64,000 bases of DNA from an uncultured Gemmatimonadales bacterium (GTDB lineage: Bacteria; Gemmatimonadota; Gemmatimonadetes; Gemmatimonadales; GWC2-71-9). The stretch lies in NCBI GenBank assembly GCA_963771275.1, contig CAVYSW010000003.1, positions 1,216,001 to 1,280,000 of the forward strand, given 5' to 3'. Under the pieces are notes generated by a model that had not been told where the DNA came from, made no database searches, and saw only the letters and a program-made list of their open reading frames with translations. The stretch's first letter is position 1. Each line of letters starts with the position of its first letter. Positions 40,231 to 50,188 of the stretch are shown piece by piece. A program made the translations under genes and the position numbers.

Positions 40231-42048
40231 GAGACGGACCGGAGCGATGCGCACCTCCGAACGCTCCGCGAACCGCTTGCCCGCCGCGAGATAGAGGGCC
40301 AGGAGCACGACGGTGGCGGCGGACACCGCGAGCTTGAGCGCTGGCGGCGCGTCGCTCGCCGACAGCAGTCCTTCGATCGTCCCCGCGAGCAGCAGGAGAC
40401 AGGTTGCCGCGCCGACGAGCCGCATCGCCTCGCGACCGGCAATGACCAGAGCGTCGCCGCGGGCCAGGTCGCCGGGGGCGATGAGCGCGCGGGCCACCAG
40501 GAGTCCGGCGGCGCCTGCGATGAAGATCGCCGTCAATTCGAGCACGCCGTGCCCCGCGACGAACGTCAGCAGCCAGCCCGCCACGCCGACATTGGCGAAG
40601 TGTCCCACCACGGCTCCGAAGAACAACCCGTTGAACACGAGGAGCAGTACGGTGCCGATGCCCGCAGTGATCCCGAACGCGAACACTCCGAAGGCCACCT
40701 GCACGTTGTTGGTGATGACACTCGAGGCCACCAGCGGCAGGTACGGCGACGGCGTCTCGGCATAGCCGACGCCTTCGGCCTGGCGCGCGGCACCGGCAAC
40801 CGCGCGGGCGAGCACCGTCTCGGGCAGGACCTCCAGCGCCACCGCGGGCCGCTCGCGCAGCAGTCCGAATCCGATCGCGGCGGGGATCAGGAACAGCAGG
40901 GCCGCGGTGACGACGGCGCGCCGTTGCCGGACGACCGCCGCCGGCAGCACCCCCAGAAACAACCGCCGTGCCGGCAGGCGCCGCACGCGGTGCATGCCGT
41001 ACAGGGCGTTGTGGCCGGTCGTCACGATGCGCTCGAGGTGGGCGACCGTGCGCTGGTCGACCCCGTAGGTGCTCGCGCGCGCGAGATCCGCGGCCACGGC
41101 GCGGTACTCCCCGGCGAACGCCAGGACTTCGTCGCCCGCGAGATGCGCGACGCCGGCCCGCTCCAATTCGACGGCGCGGGTGCGGAACGCCTCCCACGCG
41201 GCCTGGCGCAGCGCCACGAACCGGTCGGCGACGCGCAGGCGGCGTCTGCCGGTGGCGTCGCGCCGGCCCGCGCCCGGCGCCTGGCGCGCCGTGCGCTCGG
41301 CGGCATACACCTCGGAGAGGAAACGCGGGTGGTTGGCGGGCCACTCGCCAAAGCGCTGAGCGAACCGGCTGGCGAGATCGTTCTGATAGCGGCGCCGCAC
41401 GTCGGTCGGCAGCTGGGCGGCGCGCCGCAGGAACTGGTCGAGCAGGCGATACTCCTCGTCCTCCAGCCGGGCCTCGGGCGCGACGACCGTGGGTTCGGTG
41501 ATACCGGCGTCGATCGGAACACCGATGGGCGAGAGGGCCGACGCCTCGTCCCGCACGACGATCGTGCCCGCCACGATGTCGCCGAGCCGCTTGCCCTTGG
41601 GGTGGAGCGCGACGAACAGCAGCCCGACGAGGCCGGACACACCGGGCTGGAGGTCCACGATGCGGACCAAGTTGCGAACGAGGGCGGCCTGCAGGGTGAT
41701 GGGGTGGCCGGTTTCGAGGATGACGCGGATGCCGGTGCTCCGCTTGCCCGGTGTCCGCCCGCCCCACAGTCCCTCGAACAGCGCGAAATAGCCCCAACCC
41801 ACGACGAACGCGGCGAGCGTGAAAGCCGCGGCGCTCCAGCCGCTCAGCAGCGACAGGAACCGGCCGCCGATCGCCATGAGCACGAGCAATCCGGCGAGCA
41901 GGAGGAGGTCGTAGACGGCGGCCAGGGCCCGCGAGCCGACGCCGGCGATCTCGAACCCAATCGTGACCTGCTCCGGGGTCTCGACTTCGACGCGGCGGGC
42001 GAGGCGCGCTGGCTGCGGCTGGGGCTCGGGGTTCATATTGGGGTCCAT
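40204..42048 (-). CDS. RDD domain plus SpoIIM-family membrane fusion protein
   Basis: ETPEQV, GRTPGKR and KRLGDIVAGT (RDD); ITNNVQVAF and HGVLELTAI (SpoIIM). Confidence 0.88.
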   Translation of the reverse strand: MDPNMNPEPQPQPARLARRVEVETPEQVTIGFEIAGVGSRALAAVYDLLLLAGLLVLMAIGGRFLSLLSGWSAAAFTLAAFVVGWGYFALFEGLWGGRTPGKRSTGIRVILETGHPITLQAALVRNLVRIVDLQPGVSGLVGLLFVALHPKGKRLGDIVAGTIVVRDEASALSPIGVPIDAGITEPTVVAPEARLEDEEYRLLDQFLRRAAQLPTDVRRRYQNDLASRFAQRFGEWPANHPRFLSEVYAAERTARQAPGAGRRDATGRRRLRVADRFVALRQAAWEAFRTRAVELERAGVAHLAGDEVLAFAGEYRAVAADLARASTYGVDQRTVAHLERIVTTGHNALYGMHRVRRLPARRLFLGVLPAAVVRQRRAVVTAALLFLIPAAIGFGLLRERPAVALEVLPETVLARAVAGAARQAEGVGYAETPSPYLPLVASSVITNNVQVAFGVFAFGITAGIGTVLLLVFNGLFFGAVVGHFANVGVAGWLLTFVAGHGVLELTAIFIAGAAGLLVARALIAPGDLARGDALVIAGREAMRLVGAATCLLLLAGTIEGLLSASDAPPALKLAVSAATVVLLALYLAAGKRFAERSEVRIAPVRLSERQLQKR

Positions 42049-42068
42049 CTTACAACTCGGGGGGGCGC

Positions 42069-42812
42069 ATGGCCACGTACGAGCTCCGGGCCCTTTCCAT
42101 GGGGGAAATCCTGGACGAGGGATTCGGCCTCTACCGGGAGCATTTCGCCACGCTGCTCGCGATCGCCGTTGTCTGCACCGGGCTGCCCACCTTGCTGGCG
42201 ATCTACGTCGAGACGGGGGGCGGCTTCCGGGCGCATCCCGGCGCCGTCCTGCTCGCGTCACTGCTGCGCGGCGTCGGGGGCCTGTTCGCCAGCGCGGGCA
42301 CGGTGTGGGTGATCTCGGAGATCTACATGGGCCGGGATCCCGCAGTCGGTGACGCGCTGGGTCTGGCGTTCTCCCGGGTGTGGAAGCTGTTCGTCGCGGG
42401 GCTCGCGAAGTACCTGGTGATCGGTCTCGGAACGCTCCTGCTGATCGTTCCCGGGGTCATCGCCGCCTGCGGGTATGCCGTGGTGGTGCCCGTCGTCGTT
42501 CTCGAGCAGCTGCGCTCGGGAACCGACGCCCTGGGGCGCTCGTGGACCCTCACAAAGGGGTACAAGGGCAAGGCGTTCAGGCTGGGGCTCGCGATCTTCG
42601 CCCTGATCTACCTGCCGTTCCTCGCGGCGGGCGTGCTCACGGGGCTGTTCAGCGGCTCGGAGACGGTGGTGAACGTCGGCGCCGAGCTGTTGTCCTTCCT
42701 GGTCTATCCCTTCATGGCGGCGGTGGTGACGCTGTTCTACTACGATCTGAGAATCCGCCAGGAGGCATTCGACCTCGAGCACCTGAGTCAGCACTTGGAC
42801 GCCGTGCGGTGA
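42069..42812 (+). CDS. Conserved multi-pass membrane protein
   Basis: LRALSMGEILD, ALGRSWTLTKG and YYDLRIRQEAFDL. Confidence 0.8.
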   Translation: MATYELRALSMGEILDEGFGLYREHFATLLAIAVVCTGLPTLLAIYVETGGGFRAHPGAVLLASLLRGVGGLFASAGTVWVISEIYMGRDPAVGDALGLAFSRVWKLFVAGLAKYLVIGLGTLLLIVPGVIAACGYAVVVPVVVLEQLRSGTDALGRSWTLTKGYKGKAFRLGLAIFALIYLPFLAAGVLTGLFSGSETVVNVGAELLSFLVYPFMAAVVTLFYYDLRIRQEAFDLEHLSQHLDAVR

Positions 42813-42819
42813 CGGCTGC

Positions 42820-43440
42820 GTGATTCCGCAGGGCGTGATCGCCCCGGACAGCGTGCGACTGGTCCTGAGAGAGGTGTTCAGCGACCGGGCCTACGCGTGG
42901 AACGAGCGAGAGCATCCGCTGGCGTTTCTGGGCCGCTGGCTGCGGTGGCTGATCAGCCAGCTCGGCGACCTGGCGACCCATCACCCGGGCGCCTACTACG
43001 CGCTGCTGTGCGCGCTCGTCGTCGTGCTGGCGGCGATCATGGTCCATGCGGGCTGGATCGTGTGGCAGTCGATGCGTGCGCGTCGGGCCGACGAGGGAAC
43101 GGGCCCGCCCGCCGCGGGGGGTGTGCACGACGCCGCCTGGCACCTGGCGGCATTCCGGCGGCTCGCGGCCACGGGCCGGTACACCGAGGCTCTGGCGCAT
43201 CGGTTCATGGCCCTCGTGTCCGAATTGCACGGGCCCGCAACCACGCCGCTCGACGCGTCGCGGACGCCAGCCGAGCACGCTCGCGCCGTGCAGCTGGACC
43301 CGGCCGGCCGGGCCAAGATGGAGCTGCTGGTCGACGAGCTGTACCGTCGCGTGTTCGGCGGGGCGCCGTGCACGGCCGAGGACCTCGGCGCGTTCGACGG
43401 ACTGGCGGCGGAGGTGGGGGCGCATCGTGCGGCGCGGTGA
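42820..43440 (+). CDS. DUF4129 protein
   Basis: TM segment, GRYTEAL, RTPAEH and VFGG; MoxR cluster context. Confidence 0.7.
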   Translation: MIPQGVIAPDSVRLVLREVFSDRAYAWNEREHPLAFLGRWLRWLISQLGDLATHHPGAYYALLCALVVVLAAIMVHAGWIVWQSMRARRADEGTGPPAAGGVHDAAWHLAAFRRLAATGRYTEALAHRFMALVSELHGPATTPLDASRTPAEHARAVQLDPAGRAKMELLVDELYRRVFGGAPCTAEDLGAFDGLAAEVGAHRAAR

Positions 43441-44632
43441 GTGGTTGCTCGTGGGAGGTTTCGCCGCCGCGCTGCTGCTTGCGGGGCTGCTGGGGCGCCG
43501 CGCGGCCCCGCAGCCGGCCGACGTGCGGCGGTCCACCTACCTCACCACGCGGGATGGCGCGCGTGGCCTGACCGACGCGCTCGGGATCCTGGGCGTGGTG
43601 GTCGAGCGACGCCGCCTCCCGCTGTTCGGGCTCGCGAGCGACCTGCGCGCGCCGGGTGACGTGCTGCTGGTCCTCGATCCCGCGATGCCGATGACGACGG
43701 CGGAGGAGCGCGAGGTCGCCGGCTACCTGGCGTCCGGCGGGCGCGTCGTGCTCGCGGGCGTGACCGGCGTCGAGCGCCGGTTCGGCGTCGCGATGGTCTC
43801 GGTCAGGCAGCCGCAAGGCAAGCCGGACTCGCAGCTGGTACGGGCACCGGCCGGCATCGGCCCGCTGCCGGGCGCCGAGTGGGTGCTCGGTCGCGGGCGA
43901 CCGCCGGTGGGCGAGCGGGCCGGCCTGCTCACGCCGGAGCGGGTGGACACGCTGCTCGCCGCCGCGAGCGGTCGCGCGGTCGCGGCCCGGTACACGTTCC
44001 GGGGTGGCGGGATAGCGCTGGTCCTGGCCGACGGGCGCTGGGTGGACAACCGCGTGCTGCGGCAAACCGATGCCGGCGCGTTGGTGATTCCCTGGATCAT
44101 GGGGCTGGATCCCAGGCGGGTGATCGCCGACGAGTACCATCAGGGGTTCGGGCGGGGTGGCGCGATCTTCATTGCCGCGTTGGGGTGGCTGGTGCGCGCC
44201 CCGGCCGGCTGGGCGATCCTGCAGCTCACGTTCGCCGCGCTGGTGGCGCTCGCGGCAGCGGCGGTGCGCTTCGGTCCGGCGCTCCACGTGCTCGTCCGCG
44301 TGCGCCGCTCGCCGCTGGAGCACCTCGACGCCCTGGCGGCGGGGCTCGAGCGATCGGGTGGGCATCACGCGGCCGTCGATCTGCTCGGCCGGGGACTGCA
44401 GCGGCGGCTGCAACGGGGTGGTGGCGCGGCCTCGAGCGCGGCGCGCCGGGCCGAGTGGCTGGCCGCCGTGGCACGCGCGGCCGATCGGCCGGAAACGCAG
44501 CGGGCCGTGAAACGGCTCCGCTCACTCATGCGAGAGCCGGGTGGGGGGGAGGCGCACGTGCTGCAGACCGCCCAGGCTGTGGAGGACGTGTGGCAAGCTC
44601 TGAGGCTACCGAGAAGACGCGCGCCGTCCTGA
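43427..44632 (+). CDS. DUF4350 protein
   Basis: STYLTTRDGARGL, GGRVVL, DEYHQG and VRFGP; MoxR cluster context. Confidence 0.75.
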   Translation: MRRGEWLLVGGFAAALLLAGLLGRRAAPQPADVRRSTYLTTRDGARGLTDALGILGVVVERRRLPLFGLASDLRAPGDVLLVLDPAMPMTTAEEREVAGYLASGGRVVLAGVTGVERRFGVAMVSVRQPQGKPDSQLVRAPAGIGPLPGAEWVLGRGRPPVGERAGLLTPERVDTLLAAASGRAVAARYTFRGGGIALVLADGRWVDNRVLRQTDAGALVIPWIMGLDPRRVIADEYHQGFGRGGAIFIAALGWLVRAPAGWAILQLTFAALVALAAAAVRFGPALHVLVRVRRSPLEHLDALAAGLERSGGHHAAVDLLGRGLQRRLQRGGGAASSAARRAEWLAAVARAADRPETQRAVKRLRSLMREPGGGEAHVLQTAQAVEDVWQALRLPRRRAPS

Positions 44633-45546
44633 CGGCGCTGCGACGCGTCGTGCTGGGCCAGGACGACGCCACCCGGGACTGCGTGGTCGCGCTGCTGGCG
44701 CGCGGACACGTACTGCTGGAAGGCGTCCCGGGCACCGCGAAGACGCTCATCGTCCGCACGCTCGCCCAGGTGCTCGGCGTGCGGAGCGTGCGCATCCAGT
44801 TCACGCCGGATCTGATGCCGAGCGACGTCACGGGGATCTCGGTGCTGACGGGCAGCAACGAGTTCCGCTTCCGGCCGGGCCCGATCTTCCACGATCTCGT
44901 GCTGGCGGACGAAGTGAATCGCGCGCCCGCGAAGACGCAGGCGGCACTGCTCGAAGCGATGCAGGAGCGCACGGTGTCGGTGGACGGCGTCACGCACGCG
45001 CTGCCGCCGGCGTTCACCGTGTTCGCCACGCAGAACCCGATCGAATTCGAGGGGACCTATCCGTTGCCCGAGGCCGAGCTCGACCGGTTCATGCTCAAGG
45101 TGGTGATCGCCTACCCCGCAGGCGACGTCGAGCGGGGCATTTTGGGCCGCTACCTCGAAGGGTTCGAAGCGGACGACCCGGCGACCTACGGCGTGAGCCA
45201 GGTGACCGATGCCGCGGGACTCGCCGAGCTGGTGGCCGCCGCGCGGCGCGTGCACGTGGAGGCGAAGGTGGTGGCGTACATCACCGAGATCGTGCGGGGG
45301 ACGCGCGACGTGGCCTCGCTTGCGCTGGGGGCGAGCCCGCGGGCCGGCATCGCGCTGCTCAAGGCGGCGCGGGCCATGGCCCTGCTCGAAGGACGCGACT
45401 ACGTGACCCCCGACGACGTGAAGCGGCTCGCGCCGCCGGCGCTGCGACACCGGGTGACGGTCACCCCGGAGCTCGAGCTCGAGGGTGTCACGGCGGATGC
45501 CGCGCTGAAGGGCATCCTCGACCAGATCGAGGTGCCCACCACGTGA
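44590..45546 (+). CDS. MoxR family AAA+ ATPase
   Basis: EGVPGTAKT, RIQFTPDLMPSD, DEVNRA and TQNPIEFEGTYPLPEA. Confidence 0.95.
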   Translation: MASSEATEKTRAVLTALRRVVLGQDDATRDCVVALLARGHVLLEGVPGTAKTLIVRTLAQVLGVRSVRIQFTPDLMPSDVTGISVLTGSNEFRFRPGPIFHDLVLADEVNRAPAKTQAALLEAMQERTVSVDGVTHALPPAFTVFATQNPIEFEGTYPLPEAELDRFMLKVVIAYPAGDVERGILGRYLEGFEADDPATYGVSQVTDAAGLAELVAAARRVHVEAKVVAYITEIVRGTRDVASLALGASPRAGIALLKAARAMALLEGRDYVTPDDVKRLAPPALRHRVTVTPELELEGVTADAALKGILDQIEVPTT

Positions 45547-46856
45547 TCCTGCCGACCCGGCGGGCCCTCGCGGTCCTCACGGGCGTGGCGCTGCTCGGCC
45601 TGCTCGGGTACGTCATGCCGTACGCCGCGGACCTGATGGTGGTGGCGGACGCGCTGCTCGTCCTGCTCGTCGTGGCCGATGGCTTCCTTGCGGTGGCGCC
45701 TCGGGGGCTGACCGTGGCGCGCGAGGCCCCCGGGACATTCACCGTGTCGCGTCCGACGGAGGCGCGCTACGTGTGGCGCAACTTCAGCCATCGCCCCGCC
45801 CGTCTGGTGGTGCGCGAGGTGCGCCCGGCGATTCTCGGCGGCGCGGTGCCGCCTCGGTCGCTCGCGCTGCCGGCGGGCAAGGCGACCGCGGAGCGGGTCA
45901 AGGTGGAGCCGAGTCGCCGTGGGCGCGAGGTCGGGGGGGCTCTGGTGGTGCGGAGCGTGGGCCCACTGGGATTCGGCGTCCGGCAGGGCCGGCTGGCGGT
46001 GCCGTGGGACGTGCGGGTCTATCCCAACCTGCCGGCCACGCGGCTCAAGGCGTCGATCGTGGAGGCCGTGCAGCGCCGGCAGGCCGGGCTCAGGCCGCTG
46101 CGGCACCCGGGCGAAGGCCGGATGTTCGAGAGTCTGCGGGAATGGGTTCCGGGCGACGACCCGCGGCGGATCGACTGGAAGGCCACGGCGCGCCGCCGCA
46201 AGCTGATCGCGCGGCAGTACGAAGAGGAGCGGCGCCAGCAGGTGCTCCTGGTGCTCGACGCCGGACGCCTGCTGGCCGAGGAGATCGACGGCGAGTCGCG
46301 GTTCGAGCACGCGGTGCGGGCCGCGGTGCTGCTGGCGCTCGCGGCGGTGTACCACGACGACAACGTGGGCATCATGGTGTTCGCCGACCGGGTGAGCCAC
46401 TATGTGGCGCCACAGCGCGGACGGCGCGGGCTGCGCCAGGTGCTCGACGTGCTGGCGGCCGCCGAGCCGAAGCTCGTCGAGCCCGACTATCCCGCCGCGT
46501 TTCGCCACCTCGCGGTGTACAACCGGAAACGCGCGCTCACGGTCGTGTTCACCGACGTGATCGATCCGCTCACCTCCGAAGCGCTGGTCACCAACCTGGG
46601 GTCGTTGCGGCGCCGGCACCTGCCGCTGGTCGTGACGCTCAAGAACCCGGCGCTCGACGCGGTGGCGGTGATGCGGCCGGAACGCGCGGCCGACGCGTAC
46701 CGCAAGGCCGCGGCGGAGGCGCTGCTCGGCGCGCGCAGCGAGGCGCTCGCGCGGATGCGGCAGGCTGGGGCGGTGGTGCTGGACGTGGAGCCCGGGCGCG
46801 CGAGCGGCGCGGTGGTGGAGCGCTACATCCAGCTCAAGCGGCGCGGCCGGCTGTAG
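45543..46856 (+). CDS. DUF58 (vWA-like) protein
   Basis: FESLREWVPGDDPRRIDWKATARR. Confidence 0.92.
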   Translation: MILPTRRALAVLTGVALLGLLGYVMPYAADLMVVADALLVLLVVADGFLAVAPRGLTVAREAPGTFTVSRPTEARYVWRNFSHRPARLVVREVRPAILGGAVPPRSLALPAGKATAERVKVEPSRRGREVGGALVVRSVGPLGFGVRQGRLAVPWDVRVYPNLPATRLKASIVEAVQRRQAGLRPLRHPGEGRMFESLREWVPGDDPRRIDWKATARRRKLIARQYEEERRQQVLLVLDAGRLLAEEIDGESRFEHAVRAAVLLALAAVYHDDNVGIMVFADRVSHYVAPQRGRRGLRQVLDVLAAAEPKLVEPDYPAAFRHLAVYNRKRALTVVFTDVIDPLTSEALVTNLGSLRRRHLPLVVTLKNPALDAVAVMRPERAADAYRKAAAEALLGARSEALARMRQAGAVVLDVEPGRASGAVVERYIQLKRRGRL

Positions 46857-46863
46857 CGCCCGA

Positions 46864-47814
46864 TCAGGCCTGCTTCGACATCTCCAGCGCCTGCAGGATC
46901 GCGGCGAGCCGGCGATCGCGGGCGACGCGGATCTGGTCGGCCTGGCCGTGGTAGGCGCGCTCGATCGCGCTGATGAGGCGGTGCTGCGCCTCCGGCTCGA
47001 GGCGGTCCCACCGCGCGAGGTCCCCCCAGATTTCCTCGAAGCCGCGCAGCACGAGCTCGATATGACGGGCGACCCCGCGGCTGCCGGCGGCCAGGTGGTG
47101 GCTGAGATGCGGGCCCGCCGCCGCCCACCCCAGCGCCGGTCCCACAGAGACCGCGCGATCGAGGTCATCGACGTCGATCGCGCCTTCGAGCACGAGGTGA
47201 ATGGCCTCACGCCACACGGCGGCGGCGATCCGACCGGCCACGTTGCCGCGTACCGGCTTCTTGAGCGTCACGGGGATCCGCCCCATCGCCCGGAGCCAGC
47301 CCTTCACCAGCTCGACGAGCACGCGGTCGGTGTGAGGACCCGGCAGCAGCTCCACGAGCGGGATCAGCTCGGGCGGGTTCATCGGATGGGCGACCAGCAG
47401 GCGATCGGGCCGCCGGCAGCGGGCGGCGAGATCGTCCGGATGGAGCGAGCTCGACGAGCTGGTGACGACCCGGACCTTGGGCGCCGCCGCTTCGAGTCCC
47501 TCGAACAGCCGCTGCTTGGCGATCAGGTCGTCGGGGATGGCTTCGATCACCCACTCGGCGTCGCCGCAGGCCTGGAGCAGGCTGCGGCCGATCCGGATCT
47601 GCGCGACCCCGCGATCCACCAGCGCGGCGTCCGCGCCGAGGAGCGCGAGCAGGGCCTGTGCCCGGCGCGCGACCTCGCCGCGTGCGCGCTCGGCAGCGCC
47701 GGGGTCCTGGTCGTAGAGCGCGACCGGCCAGCCCTGCGCCGCGCAGAGCGCGGCCCAGCCGCACCCGAGATCGCCGGCGCCGACCACCGCCACACTGACC
47801 TGACCTCCGGACAT
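46864..47814 (-). CDS. 3-hydroxyacyl-CoA dehydrogenase family protein
   Basis: GAGDLGCGW Rossmann motif, EAIPDD and HPMNPPELIPLVE. Confidence 0.88.
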   Translation of the reverse strand: MSGGQVSVAVVGAGDLGCGWAALCAAQGWPVALYDQDPGAAERARGEVARRAQALLALLGADAALVDRGVAQIRIGRSLLQACGDAEWVIEAIPDDLIAKQRLFEGLEAAAPKVRVVTSSSSSLHPDDLAARCRRPDRLLVAHPMNPPELIPLVELLPGPHTDRVLVELVKGWLRAMGRIPVTLKKPVRGNVAGRIAAAVWREAIHLVLEGAIDVDDLDRAVSVGPALGWAAAGPHLSHHLAAGSRGVARHIELVLRGFEEIWGDLARWDRLEPEAQHRLISAIERAYHGQADQIRVARDRRLAAILQALEMSKQA

Positions 47815-48073
47815 CACCCACCTCCCGCGGTCCGCAGCCTCACAGCCACGGCGCTCGCCGTAGCCCGCCTGAATCTCGACCGGCGGCACGGCGAAATCCA
47901 GCACATCACGGTGCCCGAGAGCTCCGGCGGCCCTTACCCAGCCGCCGGCACCGCCTGCGGCGAAGGTGGCTCGAAACGGGCCGTCGATCCGTGAGCAACC
48001 TCACGCCGGCGGATCGGGTGGCGGATCGGGCGTCATCTGGCGGGGTATCTCTCGTCTCCGTAACGTTGAGCCC

Positions 48074-48472
48074 ATGATCTCCGCATCGCAGACCTCGAAT
48101 CCGTCCGCCGCGTACGGCGCGCTCATCACGCGGTTCGGCGAAGGGTGGGAGCAGGGATCCCCCGATATCATGGCGGAGGTGTTCACGCCGACGGCGGTGT
48201 TCGTGCCGGGTCCGTTCGATCCGCCGATTCGGGGGCTGGACGGGATTCGCGCCTACTGGCGCGACGTGCCGCACGAGCAGGCGGAGGTGTCGTTCCGGTA
48301 CGGCGAGGTGTTCGTCGCCGGTCCGTGGTTCGCCACCGAGTTCAAGTGCCGGTTCCGGCGGCGGCGCACCGGGGAGCCCGTGGTCGTCAAGGGGGCGCTC
48401 TTCTGCGAGACCGCGGACGGGAAGGTCAGCGAGATGCGGATGTACTGGGAGCGCCTGGTCCAGCGCGCCTGA
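48074..48472 (+). CDS. NTF2/SnoaL-like protein
   Basis: FTPTAVF, PIRGLDGIRAYW and GKVSEMRMYW. Confidence 0.8.
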   Translation: MISASQTSNPSAAYGALITRFGEGWEQGSPDIMAEVFTPTAVFVPGPFDPPIRGLDGIRAYWRDVPHEQAEVSFRYGEVFVAGPWFATEFKCRFRRRRTGEPVVVKGALFCETADGKVSEMRMYWERLVQRA

Positions 48473-49287
48473 TGGCCGGCACGGTCCTGGTCGGCACCCA
48501 GGGCTGGAGCTATCCGGCCTGGGTCGGTCCGTTCTATCCCCCGGGGACCCGCATCGGCGACATGCTGCGGGTCTACGCCCGGGGATTCCGCACCGTCGAG
48601 GTGGACGCGACGTTCTACGCGACGCCGGCGGAGCCGGTGGTGCGGGGCTGGGCGGAGCGCGTGCCGCGTGGGTTCAGCCTCGCTCTCAAGGTCCCGCAGG
48701 AAGTGACTCACGAGTGTCGCCTCGTGGACGCGGCGGTGCCGCTCGAGAAGTTCGCGGCGCGCGCGCGGCTGCTCGGCGCCGCCCTCGGGCCGCTGTTGCT
48801 CCAAATGCCGCCCGATTGGACCCCCGTCGCCGCGGCGCGCGAAGCGCTGGCGGCGTTTCTGCCGATCTTGCCGCAGGATCTCAAGTGGGCGATCGAGTTC
48901 CGCGATCCCGGCTGGCTGGACGAGCCGACCCTGGCGTTGCTCGCCGAGCGCGGCGTGGCCTTGGCGCTGACGGACGGACGGTGGCTCAGGCGCGAACGGG
49001 TGCTTGCGCTGGCGGCGGAGCCCACGGCCGATTTCGCGTACGTCCGGTGGCTCGGGCCGGACCGCCGCCTCACCGACTACTCCCGCGTTCAGGTGAACCG
49101 CGACCTCGAGCTCGCGCTGTGGGCGGATGCACTGGTCGGGCTGCGCCGCCGCGTGCGCACGGTGTACGCGTACTTCAACAACCATTTCGAAGGGCACGCG
49201 CCCGCGAGCGCGCGCGCGATGCAGGCGATGCTCGGTGAGACGCCGGTGGATCCGTCGGGGCTGCGCCGGCAAAGAGAGCTGTTCTGA
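48472..49287 (+). CDS. DUF72 (YecE-like) protein, second copy
   Basis: GTQGWSYPAWVGPFYP, EVDATFY, KVPQEVTH and FNNHFEG; ends QRELF. Confidence 0.92.
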   Translation: MAGTVLVGTQGWSYPAWVGPFYPPGTRIGDMLRVYARGFRTVEVDATFYATPAEPVVRGWAERVPRGFSLALKVPQEVTHECRLVDAAVPLEKFAARARLLGAALGPLLLQMPPDWTPVAAAREALAAFLPILPQDLKWAIEFRDPGWLDEPTLALLAERGVALALTDGRWLRRERVLALAAEPTADFAYVRWLGPDRRLTDYSRVQVNRDLELALWADALVGLRRRVRTVYAYFNNHFEGHAPASARAMQAMLGETPVDPSGLRRQRELF

Positions 49288-50114
49288 TGCGGCACGGGGG
49301 CACGGCGCGACGCTGGACCGGAACGTGGCCGCTGCCGCTCCTGCTCGTGGCGGCGGCGGGGCCGCTGGCGGCCCAGAGCAAGGACATCCTGCTCGCCACC
49401 ACGACGTCGGTGCGGGACGCCGGACTGCTGGACGCGATTCTCCCCGCGTTCGAGCGGACGTCGGGCTACCGGGTGAAGGTGATCGCGGTAGGGAGCGGTC
49501 AGGCGATGGAGCTGGGCCGGCGCGGCGAGGCCGACATCCTGATCCTGCACGATCCGGCAGGCGAAGCGCGGTTCATGGCGGAGGGCGACGGGGTGGGGCG
49601 GGAGCCGCTGGCGCACAACGAATTCGTGCTGGTGGGACCGCGGGAGGATCCGGCGGGGGCGCGGGGGCCGGACGCGGTCCGCGCGATGCGGGCGATCGCC
49701 GCGACCGGCGCGACGTTCATCTCACGCGGCGACCGCTCCGGGACGCACGTCAAGGAACTGGCGCTGTGGCAGGCGGCGGGCGTGACGCCGGAGCGGCGGT
49801 GGTATCGCGACACGGGGCAGGGGATGGGCGCCACGCTGGTGGTCGCCGACCAGCTCAGGGGCTACACGCTGACGGACGTGGCGACCTATCTCTCCCACAA
49901 AGGCCTCGGCGATCTCGTGATCCTCGTCGAGGGCGATACGCTGCTGCGCAACTTCTACCATGTGGTGCGTGCCAACCCGGAGCGGTTCGCGCGGGTCAAC
50001 GCCGCGGGTGCGCAGGCGCTGGAGGACTATCTGCTGTCGCCGGAGACGATGCGGGCGATCGGCGAGTTCGGGCGAAGCCGGTTTGGGAGGTCGCTGTTCA
50101 TTCCCGCAAAATGA
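49287..50114 (+). CDS. tupA: Tungstate ABC transporter substrate-binding protein
   Basis: ATTTS signature, SRGDRSGTHVKE and GQGMG. Confidence 0.88.
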   Translation: MRHGGTARRWTGTWPLPLLLVAAAGPLAAQSKDILLATTTSVRDAGLLDAILPAFERTSGYRVKVIAVGSGQAMELGRRGEADILILHDPAGEARFMAEGDGVGREPLAHNEFVLVGPREDPAGARGPDAVRAMRAIAATGATFISRGDRSGTHVKELALWQAAGVTPERRWYRDTGQGMGATLVVADQLRGYTLTDVATYLSHKGLGDLVILVEGDTLLRNFYHVVRANPERFARVNAAGAQALEDYLLSPETMRAIGEFGRSRFGRSLFIPAK

Positions 50115-50115
50115 C

Positions 50116-50188
50116 GGGAAAGGGGAAAAGGGAACCGGGAAACGAGGTGGACGTGTCGTTTCCCCTTTCCCGTTTCCCGTTCCCCCCT
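50116..50188. repeat. Heptamer palindromic element between convergent genes
   Basis: GGGAAAG/GGGAAAC units opposed by TTTCCCC/TTTCCCG units. Confidence 0.8.

Noticed and set aside
47820..48070. Possible small ORF or TGA read-through upstream of the dehydrogenase
   Set aside because: No SD, protein motif or SECIS-like support found
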